DNA from: a virus
IMG/VR virus record: IMGVR_UViG_3300037461_001289
DNA: 64,000 bases
Strand: one strand, 5' to 3'
Shown here: positions 16,771 to 26,101 of the stretch, piece by piece
How positions within the stretch are numbered: the first letter of the stretch is position 1
How the letters are laid out: the number at the start of each line of letters is the position of its first letter
Position numbers and translations under genes: made by a program
Notes under the pieces: generated by a model
What the model was told of the DNA's origin: nothing
The model's input: the letters and a program-made list of their open reading frames with translations, nothing else
Database searches by the model: none

Positions 16771-17480
16771 GGCAGCGCGACCACCTTGGTGCTGGCGGTG
16801 ATGGCCCCGTAGACGGCGGCCGAGTAGCGGCTGGCCCCGGCCATGGTCGGCTCGACCGCGGTATGTGTCAGCCGCCCCAGCTCCAACGCGCAGGCGAGCC
16901 AATCGGCCTCGGACCACCCGCTGCGCGCGTGCTGCGCGTGGTAGCACAGGATCTGCGTCGGGCAGTAGAGTGGCACGCCGGCCTTGAGCGCGACGTAGGG
17001 CACCCAGTAGTCCCACCACGGCTTGCCAAGGCACAGGAAGGTGCTGTCGTACAGCGGCACGAGCCGCGGGTGGACGGCGAACGCACTGATGCCGCACGGC
17101 TCGATGACCTGGACGCCGGGGCTCGTGCAGTTGTACTGCAGCAGGTACGGCATCCCGGCTGCCGCGAGCGCCGCGAGACCTTCGATCTGCCCCGGCGTGG
17201 CCTGCACGCGCAGGTCCGCGTTGATGACGAGCGCAGTGCCGTGCCGCGCGATCCACTCGAAGAAGGCGTTGAGCCGCACGTACGGGCGGCCGAATGGCAC
17301 CTCGGCCGTCGCCTCAGTCGCCACGACCTCGACGCCCGGATAGGCATCGGTGAGCGCCGCGACCTCGCTCGGGTGGTTGAGCGACACCGGCACAAGGCCC
17401 GCCGCGCGCCAGGTGTCGAGGTAGGCGCGCTGCGCGGGGACGCGGGCCGGGTCCGGCGCGATGGAGGTGAGCGCGATCAC
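16767..17480 (-). CDS. Putative GT-A-like glycosyltransferase
   Basis: LVINAD (DxD-like) and LGKPWWDYW; sits within glycan cluster. Confidence 0.45.
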   Translation of the reverse strand: MIALTSIAPDPARVPAQRAYLDTWRAAGLVPVSLNHPSEVAALTDAYPGVEVVATEATAEVPFGRPYVRLNAFFEWIARHGTALVINADLRVQATPGQIEGLAALAAAGMPYLLQYNCTSPGVQVIEPCGISAFAVHPRLVPLYDSTFLCLGKPWWDYWVPYVALKAGVPLYCPTQILCYHAQHARSGWSEADWLACALELGRLTHTAVEPTMAGASRYSAAVYGAITASTKVVALP

Positions 17481-18013
17481 TTCACGCCCTCGAGGTACAG
17501 CGTCACGTGCCACGAGGACGCGGCGCAGTCGTTGAGCGCCGCGACCGCCGGATAGGCTGCCAGCGCCCACGGCCGTACTTGCGCGAAGCCCGCCGCCCGC
17601 AGGAGCGCGGTGAGCGTGGCGGCGGTGAAGCACTGCTTGTGCGCCATCCACGGGCTGTCGGTGGACTTGGTGTCGCCGTACAGGTAGGCGTTCCAATCGT
17701 GCGCGCTGTAGCCCTTGGAGTAGGCTCGGTGGTAGATGCCGTCGAGGTCGATGGTGGCGAGCGTAAGCACGCCGCCCGGCCGCAGGGCGCGGTGGAGGTG
17801 CGCGAACACGCCGGGCAGGAGGTCCGGGGCGATGTGCTCGATCACGTGGCTGCTGTAGACCCACGCCAGCGCGTTGTCGGGCAACGACCCGAGGTCGCGC
17901 GTCACGTCGAGCACCGCGTCGACGCCCGGCCCAGCGACCGCGTCGACGTTGACGCAGCCGGCCAGGCGCTTGCCGCCGCAACCGAGGTGCAGGCTGGCGC
18001 CGTCCCAGCTCAT
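17477..18013 (-). CDS. Class I SAM methyltransferase (type 11-like)
   Basis: LHLGCGG...VNVD, YSSHVIEH, LRPGGVL. Confidence 0.8.
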   Translation of the reverse strand: MSWDGASLHLGCGGKRLAGCVNVDAVAGPGVDAVLDVTRDLGSLPDNALAWVYSSHVIEHIAPDLLPGVFAHLHRALRPGGVLTLATIDLDGIYHRAYSKGYSAHDWNAYLYGDTKSTDSPWMAHKQCFTAATLTALLRAAGFAQVRPWALAAYPAVAALNDCAASSWHVTLYLEGVK

Positions 18014-18759
18014 CGCAGCACGCCCCCGCAGCGCTCGGCGTCCGCGCGGTGGTACTCGCCGCTGCCGAGCGGAAAGCGCCGGCCAAACAGCTCGCTGGTC
18101 GTGTACTCGCGGCGGTTCTTTTCTTTCAGTGCGTCCTGGCATTCGTGATCGTGTACCTGCAAGTCCGCAGCGCAGTGGATCGTCCAACCGAGCCGCCAGA
18201 TCGAGATCCCGGCCTCGGTGTCGGCCGCGTAGGTCGCATGCGTATTACCCCAGAACGCGGTGCCAGCCGGGTCGCCGAGGAAGCGCGCCACCGCCTGGAG
18301 CGTCGCGCGGCGCACGAGCCCCTGGTTGAGGTACGGCAGCCCGGCCCACGTCTCGAAGCCGAAGCTGCGCGTGCCAGCGGCGTCGCGGTGGTGATCGCTG
18401 GCCCACGACACCGCGCCGATGTCCGGGTTGCCGTCCATGAGCAAGACCGCCGTCGCCAGCGCGTGCGGGGTGACGAACTCGAGGTCGTCGTTGTGCGTGC
18501 CGATATAGCGCGCGTCGTCGGCTACCGCCCGCGCGAACCCGCGGTTGAAGTTGGGCACCGCACCGCTGAGATCGCCCGGGAGGCAGATGCAGTCCGGCTG
18601 CGCGGCGAGGTACGCCTGCGTGCCGTCGGTGCTGCCGCCGTCCACGGCGATGATCTCGTACGTCAGCGGGCCGGCGGCCAGCCGGATCGCTTCTACGCAC
18701 TTGGTGAGCAGCGGCAGGCGGTTGTAGGTGCCGAACACGACGGCGGCGTCAAGCGTCAT
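18010..18759 (-). CDS. GT2 glycosyltransferase
   Basis: GTYNR, EIIAVDGGSTDGT, NRG, HNDD. Confidence 0.85.
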   Translation of the reverse strand: MTLDAAVVFGTYNRLPLLTKCVEAIRLAAGPLTYEIIAVDGGSTDGTQAYLAAQPDCICLPGDLSGAVPNFNRGFARAVADDARYIGTHNDDLEFVTPHALATAVLLMDGNPDIGAVSWASDHHRDAAGTRSFGFETWAGLPYLNQGLVRRATLQAVARFLGDPAGTAFWGNTHATYAADTEAGISIWRLGWTIHCAADLQVHDHECQDALKEKNRREYTTSELFGRRFPLGSGEYHRADAERCGGVLR

Positions 18760-18849
18760 CAGGGACCTCGCTGAACCACCAATCGACTGCGCGCCGCAGC
18801 GCGACGAGCGGCGCGAAGAGGACCAGCAGGCACAGGAAGAAGATCAGCG

Positions 18850-19113
18850 TCACGGCTTCGTCTTGCCCAGCTCGGCCGCCAGCGCGGCGTCAAACTCCGC
18901 TTGCGCCGCCGCGTCGAGCGTCGCGTCGGCCTCGTCGCGCGCCGCCTTGATCCAATCGGCGTGGCGCGCGTCGATGGCCACCTGCACCCGCGCGCGCAGC
19001 TCTTCGAGCGTTGGCGGCTCCGCGCCGTTGACGGCGTCGGCGATGACGCCGACCACCGCCTTGATCGCCTCGGCGCCCCAGGTCGCGATCTGCAAGATCG
19101 TCATGGCGGTCAC
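18850..19113 (-). CDS. Small amphipathic protein (possible lysis/membrane role)
   Basis: ATGA coupling; amphipathic N-terminal helix. Confidence 0.45.
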   Translation of the reverse strand: MTAMTILQIATWGAEAIKAVVGVIADAVNGAEPPTLEELRARVQVAIDARHADWIKAARDEADATLDAAAQAEFDAALAAELGKTKP

Positions 19114-19517
19114 CTGACACCCTTACCGTACGACGGCGACCACGTCAGCGGCGAGGTCGGCTCTGGCGCGGGCGGCTGCGCCGGCGGCGTCTCGATCACC
19201 GACGTGCCGTAGGACGCCGCATACGTTGGCCCCGACGAACGCGTGCGCGCGGTCGCCGCAGCGGCTGCCGTCTGCGCCGCGATGCTGCCCGTTGCGACTG
19301 ACGACGGCGGGTGCGGCTGGCATGAATCCAGGTACGGCAGCCCGCTGGCCGCGCCGTCGGTCTCGGCCAGCCGGTAGGCTGCCTCCTCGCCGAGCACCGC
19401 GATGGCGTGCGCCGGCCCGAGCGCGGCGCCCACGGTGAAGCGCGTCATCAGAAACGCCTGGAACCCGCCGTCCCGGTTGAGCACCGTCCACGCGATCACC
19501 CGTCGTTCTCCGCTCAC
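19110..19517 (-). CDS. Hypothetical protein with Pro/Ala-rich tail
   Basis: Coupled at both ends. Confidence 0.5.
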   Translation of the reverse strand: MSGERRVIAWTVLNRDGGFQAFLMTRFTVGAALGPAHAIAVLGEEAAYRLAETDGAASGLPYLDSCQPHPPSSVATGSIAAQTAAAAATARTRSSGPTYAASYGTSVIETPPAQPPAPEPTSPLTWSPSYGKGVR

Positions 19518-20050
19518 TTGCCACCTCCGGTCAGTGCTGCCTTGAGCGCGGTGTAGGCCGCGACGCAGTCGGTATACGTGCGCGACGCCTGCGCCGTCAC
19601 GGCCACGAGCTTCGCCTCCCAGCCGGCCGCCTTCATGCCGGCCTCGATGTCCTCAACCAGGTCTAGCACCGCGAGCAGCGCCGCGTACACCGCGCCGATG
19701 GCCAGGTTGACCCGCTTCGCCGGGCCGGTGATCGTTGCGAGGCGCGTCTCGTAGCGCGCCTCGCTAGCCGCCACGACGCCCTTGCACGGCTCCGCGAGCG
19801 TCGCCGATGGCTGGCTCGCCATGGTGGCCACGCAGCCCGCCAGCTTCAGCTCGGCCCCGCGCCGCTGACCTTCGCTCTTGGCCACGTCGAGCATGGCCGC
19901 GCGCACGTCACGCTTGACCGCGACCTCGGTGCGCAGCGTGATCTTGACGATCCGGTCGACCTCGCGCCGCGCGACGCGCGGCGGATCGCTGCACGCCATG
20001 AGCCCAGCGGCGCAGAGCAGGAACAAACAGGCCACGATCAGATACCGCAT
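19514..20050 (-). CDS. Predicted lipoprotein, helical
   Basis: Signal MRYLIVACLFLLCAAGLMAC; SD GGAGG. Confidence 0.6.
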   Translation of the reverse strand: MRYLIVACLFLLCAAGLMACSDPPRVARREVDRIVKITLRTEVAVKRDVRAAMLDVAKSEGQRRGAELKLAGCVATMASQPSATLAEPCKGVVAASEARYETRLATITGPAKRVNLAIGAVYAALLAVLDLVEDIEAGMKAAGWEAKLVAVTAQASRTYTDCVAAYTALKAALTGGGK

Positions 20051-20274
20051 GCACGACCTCCTTGAAAACCCCGCTTTTCGTCTCGTCCCGCGACCTTACG
20101 CGCGCCCATCGTACGCTCTCCGCGGAACCGTGTGCGACTTTCTTTACCTCAGCTGCAATCTGCTACCTACCCCGTCGCTCGTCGACCTCCGCTGCGATAC
20201 GCGGAAGGGGAGAACAGCGCAGCAGCAAACTCGGCCAACGCGCCAGCGCATGACCTCGTTGAACCGTGCGCCAG

Positions 20275-20580
20275 TCACGTCGCTTGCCCGAAAAGGCAGG
20301 ACAACTCGCGGGCCTTCTTCCGCGCCTTCTTCATCTCGTTCTTGGTCCAGTACCGCTCGACGATGTAGAAGGTCATCCGGCCTGGCTTGCCGCTCCTGTG
20401 GACGCGGAGCTTGAGGACGTAGTACGAGCCGACGGCAGCCTTGGCGAACTCGGCCGGGGGCAAGTCCTCGCGGTTCAGGTCGCCCATGAATTCGGTCCCG
20501 TCGTTCGTGTATGTGCCCCGCACCCACAACCCGTGCGGGTGAACCTCCTCGACCCAACCACGCCAGATATGAAGCGCCAT
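20275..20580 (-). CDS. Hypothetical accessory protein
   Basis: SD GGAGA before ATG; Lys-rich C-terminus. Confidence 0.55.
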   Translation of the reverse strand: MALHIWRGWVEEVHPHGLWVRGTYTNDGTEFMGDLNREDLPPAEFAKAAVGSYYVLKLRVHRSGKPGRMTFYIVERYWTKNEMKKARKKARELSCLFGQAT

Positions 20581-20623
20581 CAGTCTCCCACCTTGCCTAC
20601 ACGTCTGGAACTTGAGTAGCGGG

Positions 20624-21142
20624 TCACGCGATGCGCTCCAGTGGCAGCGAGAACAGCCGCCGCCACTTCTCCCATGCCGCCGTGACCGCGCCCGTTCCGG
20701 GGTACAGGTCGCACATCTCGTCGGTCGGGCAGGCGCCGACCATCTCGAAGGCCCACATGCAGACCTTCTCGGGCTTCGCCCCGCACAGCCCCCGCTTGAG
20801 GGTGATCGGGCACTCGACCCAATCGCGCATCACCACGCGCCCCGCCACAACGGGCTTGCGGGCCGCCTTCACCACGACGGGCTCCCAGGCGTAGGCCACC
20901 GACACATTGCGCTTGAAGGCGGCGAATGACTTGACCCACGCCATCAAGCGTGCCTCGGGCGGGATTAGGGGAAGCACCACGCGCAGGCCAGGGACGGACG
21001 TGTGCAGCACCCACCCGGCGTAGTCGCGCTCCAGGCGGGCGACCAGCTCGGCGTGGTCTACCTCTCCGGCGTAGTCGGGATGCTCCGCGTACAGGTGCGC
21101 GCAGCCGGGATAGGGTGGGTCGGCGTAGCCGATGCGCGTCAT
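20624..21142 (-). CDS. Minimal DPPY-type N6A/N4C DNA methyltransferase (beta order)
   Basis: YADPPY at N-terminus, DLYPGTG SAM motif near C-terminus. Confidence 0.7.
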   Translation of the reverse strand: MTRIGYADPPYPGCAHLYAEHPDYAGEVDHAELVARLERDYAGWVLHTSVPGLRVVLPLIPPEARLMAWVKSFAAFKRNVSVAYAWEPVVVKAARKPVVAGRVVMRDWVECPITLKRGLCGAKPEKVCMWAFEMVGACPTDEMCDLYPGTGAVTAAWEKWRRLFSLPLERIA

Positions 21143-21297
21143 TTGCCCACACGCACGGAACTTGAGAACCGGAAAAAGACCCGGTTGGCCTCCTCTACCG
21201 TGCGGACCTTGTACCAATGCCGCAGCCCGCGGGTGAGGTAGCCCCCGCAACAGTCGTGGTACGACCGACGGACCTTCTTCGCCTGGCGAACCTTCAT
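21139..21297 (-). CDS. 52-aa basic hypothetical protein (not in ORF track)
   Basis: MKVRQAKKVRR...VRVGK*, ATGA-coupled to the MTase. Confidence 0.45.
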   Translation of the reverse strand: MKVRQAKKVRRSYHDCCGGYLTRGLRHWYKVRTVEEANRVFFRFSSSVRVGK

Positions 21298-21335
21298 GGC
21301 CGCACCTTTTGGCTACTTGGGGCCTTCAGTGCGGT

Positions 21336-24300
21336 CTACAGGTTCGCATAGAAGGCCGCACACATTGCCTCGGTGATAGCCCGCGAGGTCAACACCACGT
21401 AGGCTATCTGCACCTCGCTGGAAAGCGCGGCAGCGTTGCCAGATCCGATGGTGAGTCTGGAGTTTGCCGCATCTGCCAGCGATCCCGGGAAAGGTGCGCT
21501 GACGGTGGTTGCCTCGCTCGTCAGCGATAGTGTAACCGCCGGCCCGGCTGCGCCAACGAAAGAGAGGGCGTTGGCGTGCCAATCGGTGTCACCGATGACG
21601 AACCCGGTCAGATAGTCGTTCGCTAGGCCCCCACTGGTGCAGTATACGGCCAGCTCGCCGGCCGGTAAATTGCGCGCTCGCAGCAGCCACACAATTCCGG
21701 CCCCACCAAGTTCCTTTGCGACAATGCGTGAGTTGTTCGTCATCGCGGCCGTTCGCCGCATGAGTAGGAACACACCAAATGATCCGGTGAGATCGGTAAT
21801 CGAACCATACGCTTCGTTGCCAGCACCAATATCGAAGCGTTCTGGCCCGGCGCCGGCTATCATCTGGATTCCAAGTTTACCGGTGAGATCCACCCCGGCG
21901 GCCCCAAGAACTACGGCTTGGAGCGGGGCGTTGACGGGAGCCAGATCCGGCGCCAGCCCGAGCGAGTCAACCATGTTTCCCGGCGCGACCTCGTCGGCGC
22001 GATAGATCGCGAGGATGTCGGCGGTAGTCCAGGCGTCCGGTGAGCCGCACGCGCGAATGAATCCTTCCGCGGTGTAGGGGAGTGAGGAAAAGCAGATGCC
22101 AGCCTGTTCTAGCGCAGTGGCAATGTTGGCAGCCGTGGGCACAATCGGCAGCACGTGATCAGTTTCAACCAGAATGTCAGCATGAATACGCTGCGAGCCG
22201 TGCGAGTATGCCTCGTTTGGCTCCGCGTTGAGCGGTAGCGTAGGCATGTGCTGCACGAACTCTGAAAATTCGTTGTTGGAGATCACCCCGGTTGCGATGT
22301 AGTGGACCGTGGGTTCACAGATGATTACGGGGTGGGCGTTGTTGAGCACTACCCTGACGATCAATGTGCCGGCTGGCGTTGCCGCGGTGGCCACCGTGGC
22401 TCCGTAGCGGAGCGTCCACCACTCTCCGTCTCCCGTGATGCTGGGGGCCAACGGGATAGCTCCATTGCCAGTGTCGAACATATTGGTTCCACCCGGATCT
22501 AGAGCAGCGTCAAGCAACCGTACCCCCACGTCGTAAGGCCCCGACGGACAGCGAACCATTGCGGCGTAGGCCAGGCGATCCCCCACCGCCACCGCCTGGG
22601 CTTCATAAACTAGATAACAGGTGTCTGCCCCGGCTATTGAGGACTCAATCTTGAACGCAGTAGTGCCGCCCCACGGGTCTAGCTGTCCTGTGGTTACGGT
22701 GATGGTCCCGCCGCTCGCCGGGACTGCGGTAACGCGATTCTGGAATCTAGCCACTGCTGGGGCTGCCGAGCGAACTTCTCCGTCGTGCTGTGCCGATAGC
22801 CGACGCCCAAACATCCCCACCTGTCTTTGATTGGAGGGGAGTTCTGTTGCGGCAGCGGGTAGAGTTGCCTGCCTGTGCGTCATCGGGCCAGTACACCCGA
22901 AGCAATCCTCTACTAGCACTGCCTCCGGTGGAGCTGTCACCGGCTCCACGATGATTGTTGCCGGTGTTCCTGGTGCGTCGGCAACCTCAACCCCCTTCAG
23001 TACACCCTGGAATCCGTTGTCGCAATTGCTGTAGCGGATATGCACTCCGCTATCGGTCGCGTGCGTCCCGTCGCTCTCGACGATGAGGTTGTCAACGTAC
23101 AGGGCGTTACCGTTTCCGCCGCAAGTGTAGTCTATGTGGCCGTACACCGCGTTACAGTCATGCACCTCCACCCCCGCGCTGTCGGTACACAGGATCCCGG
23201 CGGCGCGCTGCCCTGCACTAAAGCCATGTGGCGCGTACCCTGCTCCAGCCGCATACCACGGTCCGATGCCGTAGAAGTAGCACCCCGAGAAGAGGATTTT
23301 CCATCCGCCGCGGATCTCAACCGCCGGCCCCATTCCCGGGGGTGCGCTGGGCGCTGGATTCAGCAGGCTGGCATTGATGTGTAGATAGCAAGACTCAAAC
23401 GTCATTCCCGAACATGCGTCATTCGCCGGAACGATGACTCTTCCGGGCGGCACTCCCAGACACACCGACCTATAGGCGTATCCCAGATCGAGATTTTCAA
23501 ACCGAGCTGTCACACCAGACGGGTCAGTGATCCAAATTACCGGGTTGTCGGCATCCTGCGCGTAGCCCGGGGCCGCTGGAGTGCCACCGTTGATCCTGGC
23601 GATAGGTTTGCGCCAGAACCACTCAGCCGCCGGACCATGCCCAATCATTCTCAGAGGGCGGGTTTGCAGCCACCCGTTTAGGGTTGGGTTCGCCCCTCCG
23701 GGGTATCCCGGGGTGCCGAACGATGGGCATCCCACACCCATCAGGCGCAGCCCTTGCCCCGCTACCCACCCACCCATGTAGCTGGAGTCGGCAACGTGGA
23801 CCGTGCCGCCAGTTAGCGGCAGCGCCGCGACAGCGGCGATCACGGTGGCTTTCGCGGTCGCCCACGTCAGTCCGTCAGAAACATCACTGCCACCCGGTTT
23901 GACGTACAATTCAACGCCCGAATTACCTACCCCTCGCGCGCTCCCGGCCCATCCCGTGAACGTCACTACGCCCGCCCCGACAAACGCCCCCGGCCCGTCG
24001 AAACGCACCAGGATGTTGCTTGGCACGGTGTAGTCCGTCGCCACCGAGCATTGTCCGTCGATCCGCACGGTGACGGACTCAGCCGGGAACGACGCCGCAC
24101 AGAGCACGAGCGCCGGCCGGTCGTTGGTCACGTTGTCGAGCTTGCCGCCCCACCAACCGAGGTCCACGGCACCGGAGTAGCGGCGCTTCCACTTCCACGC
24201 GGCATTCGAGGAGTTGAAGATGAGCGCGTTGTCCGTCGTCTCGGTGTTGGGGCACTTGTCGAACGTCCCGCCGCCCTTGTCGCCGGCCGTGGCCGACCCC

Positions 24301-24455
24301 GCCACCGACACACACGGATTGACCGAAGGGTCCAGTAAGGCCAAGTGGGCGACCAGCTCGGCGTTGAGGGCTGACGACCCGGTGTCGTCGTCGACCACCA
24401 AGTTAGGCGACAGCGCGTTGCCACCCGGGGCGGCGTAGATCGATTTGATAGTCAT
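21336..24455 (-). CDS. Large spike/receptor-binding protein (beta-helix, carbohydrate-binding and LamG-like regions)
   Basis: 1039 aa; ELYVKPGGSDVSDGLTWATAKATV beta-helix entry motif; C-terminal concanavalin-like strand pattern; lower GC. Confidence 0.65.
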   Translation of the reverse strand: MTIKSIYAAPGGNALSPNLVVDDDTGSSALNAELVAHLALLDPSVNPCVSVAGSATAGDKGGGTFDKCPNTETTDNALIFNSSNAAWKWKRRYSGAVDLGWWGGKLDNVTNDRPALVLCAASFPAESVTVRIDGQCSVATDYTVPSNILVRFDGPGAFVGAGVVTFTGWAGSARGVGNSGVELYVKPGGSDVSDGLTWATAKATVIAAVAALPLTGGTVHVADSSYMGGWVAGQGLRLMGVGCPSFGTPGYPGGANPTLNGWLQTRPLRMIGHGPAAEWFWRKPIARINGGTPAAPGYAQDADNPVIWITDPSGVTARFENLDLGYAYRSVCLGVPPGRVIVPANDACSGMTFESCYLHINASLLNPAPSAPPGMGPAVEIRGGWKILFSGCYFYGIGPWYAAGAGYAPHGFSAGQRAAGILCTDSAGVEVHDCNAVYGHIDYTCGGNGNALYVDNLIVESDGTHATDSGVHIRYSNCDNGFQGVLKGVEVADAPGTPATIIVEPVTAPPEAVLVEDCFGCTGPMTHRQATLPAAATELPSNQRQVGMFGRRLSAQHDGEVRSAAPAVARFQNRVTAVPASGGTITVTTGQLDPWGGTTAFKIESSIAGADTCYLVYEAQAVAVGDRLAYAAMVRCPSGPYDVGVRLLDAALDPGGTNMFDTGNGAIPLAPSITGDGEWWTLRYGATVATAATPAGTLIVRVVLNNAHPVIICEPTVHYIATGVISNNEFSEFVQHMPTLPLNAEPNEAYSHGSQRIHADILVETDHVLPIVPTAANIATALEQAGICFSSLPYTAEGFIRACGSPDAWTTADILAIYRADEVAPGNMVDSLGLAPDLAPVNAPLQAVVLGAAGVDLTGKLGIQMIAGAGPERFDIGAGNEAYGSITDLTGSFGVFLLMRRTAAMTNNSRIVAKELGGAGIVWLLRARNLPAGELAVYCTSGGLANDYLTGFVIGDTDWHANALSFVGAAGPAVTLSLTSEATTVSAPFPGSLADAANSRLTIGSGNAAALSSEVQIAYVVLTSRAITEAMCAAFYANL

Positions 24456-24465
24456 CCAAGTCCTC

Positions 24466-24777
24466 CTAGCGGGGCCAACCGCTGATCACGACGTCAAGCC
24501 CGTCGACCTGGCGCGGCACGGCCGCCGCGTCCTCGGCCACGAACTTCGTGCCCGGCCGCACCCCGAGCGCCGCGCCCGCGGGCAGGTCAAGCCGATGCGC
24601 CACGGCGTCGATCCGCGCCGCCCGGATGAAGTCCGTCAATCGTTCGAGAGCGATGCGGAGCTTGCCCTCGTTCAACGTCGTGCCGAGCCGGCGCGGTGGC
24701 GCCGCGAACACGTCGCTCGCCGCGAGCAGGATGCCCCCGAGCACCCCGCCGCCGAGCAGCCACTTGCCGAGCCTCAC
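24466..24777 (-). CDS. Small N-anchored membrane protein
   Basis: GTG start, RLGKWLLGGGVLGGILLAAS. Confidence 0.55.
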   Translation of the reverse strand: MRLGKWLLGGGVLGGILLAASDVFAAPPRRLGTTLNEGKLRIALERLTDFIRAARIDAVAHRLDLPAGAALGVRPGTKFVAEDAAAVPRQVDGLDVVISGWPR

Positions 24778-24845
24778 GCGCGCACCTTGCGCCGGCGCCA
24801 GACGCCGGTCGTCAGCTGCACGTACTCGTATCCGGGTCGGTTCAT
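24774..24845 (-). CDS. 23-aa translationally coupled mini-ORF
   Basis: MNRPGYEYVQLTTGVWRRRKVRA; ATGA overlap upstream, GTGA overlap downstream. Confidence 0.45.
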   Translation of the reverse strand: MNRPGYEYVQLTTGVWRRRKVRA

Positions 24846-25678
24846 GGGATCTGTACCACGCTGCCCTGCGTGGCCTTTCGGTAGTGAACGTCAAGGCTGA
24901 GCAGCCCCAGGTTTGCCGCCGCCGTCCCCGGTGGGACCGCCTTATTGGTGCTGTACGTGTCGCCGAGGTCGGTGCCCGTGCGGGTGACGTTCACGAGCAG
25001 GATGCTGCTGCCCTTGTACCCGACCGGAGGCACGATGTTGGCAAACGACACTATCTTATCTTTCCACTCGTCGCCCGCCACGATGGGAGTCAGGATCGGG
25101 CCGAACGCCGTCCACCCGATAGCCGCCGGGATCGCCGTGCCGGCGACCGCCCAGGCGTACGCGCCGGTGAAGCGGACATTCAGCGGCGGAGCGGCCGGCG
25201 CGACCATCGGCACGACGTGCAGGTGCGGCACCACGATAGTCCCGCTGATGTCTACGCCGTGCGGAACCTGAAACCGCATAGAAAGCGAGTCGTTCTGGTC
25301 GTGCCGGAAGAAGTACATCGAGAACGTCGTGTCGCGGAACACCTCGTAGGTCAGCGCCGCGTTGGCCGTGCCCTGCGAGACGTCGCCCTGCACGTCGTCC
25401 CAGCGGCCGACGAGGTCGGCGATCCAGTACATCGCCGTCCCGGCCGCCGCGATGACCTCGAGCCCATCGGCGACATAGGCTCCGGAGGTCAGCGTGTATG
25501 TATCGTTGACGCTGATCACGAACACGCGCTCACCCGCGCTGAAGCCGCTGGCGTCGAGCGCCGCGAGCGCGACGAGGTCCGCAACCGGGCCGACCGCGCC
25601 CGCGTCGTCGTCTTCGACCGCCAGCGCCGGCGTGAGCGCCGTACCACCACTGACCGCAACGACACGCTTATGGGTCAT
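24842..25678 (-). CDS. Putative minor virion/spike adaptor protein
   Basis: N-terminus resembles that of the 1039-aa spike; beta-rich C-terminal domain. Confidence 0.55.
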   Translation of the reverse strand: MTHKRVVAVSGGTALTPALAVEDDDAGAVGPVADLVALAALDASGFSAGERVFVISVNDTYTLTSGAYVADGLEVIAAAGTAMYWIADLVGRWDDVQGDVSQGTANAALTYEVFRDTTFSMYFFRHDQNDSLSMRFQVPHGVDISGTIVVPHLHVVPMVAPAAPPLNVRFTGAYAWAVAGTAIPAAIGWTAFGPILTPIVAGDEWKDKIVSFANIVPPVGYKGSSILLVNVTRTGTDLGDTYSTNKAVPPGTAAANLGLLSLDVHYRKATQGSVVQIP

Positions 25679-25681
25679 CGA

Positions 25682-26098
25682 CTACTTGCCCCGCCGCGTG
25701 GTCGTCGACTTAGTCGCCGGCTTGGCCGCCGCACGCCGCTTCAACGGCTTCGGCGCCTCGACCACGACCGGCTCCGACAGCGGCGCGGCGACCAGCACTC
25801 GCGACGGCTCCGGAGCGGGCGCCAACACCGGCTCGGACACCGCGGCCACGACCGGCGGAGACAGCGTGACGGGCGCCGACCGCACCGGCGCCGGACGCGC
25901 CGTCACCGGCGTGTAGTCTACGTCGGGCGGCAGCCCGCTGGCCCAGCCGTCGGCCTCGGCCGCCGCGCACGTGGCCTGCGGTACGCCGAGCGCGCGTGTG
26001 TCAACGGTCACCGGGTAGCCCAGCCCGCGCCCGCGGGCGAATGCCTGGTACACGCCGGCGTGGTAGTTGACGGTCCACCAGAGGTCGATCATGCTCAT
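25682..26098 (-). CDS. Pro/Ala-rich protein with basic tail
   Basis: Open frame in operon; KPLKRRAAAKP...RRGK. Confidence 0.55.
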   Translation of the reverse strand: MSMIDLWWTVNYHAGVYQAFARGRGLGYPVTVDTRALGVPQATCAAAEADGWASGLPPDVDYTPVTARPAPVRSAPVTLSPPVVAAVSEPVLAPAPEPSRVLVAAPLSEPVVVEAPKPLKRRAAAKPATKSTTTRRGK

Positions 26099-26101
26099 CT
26101 C

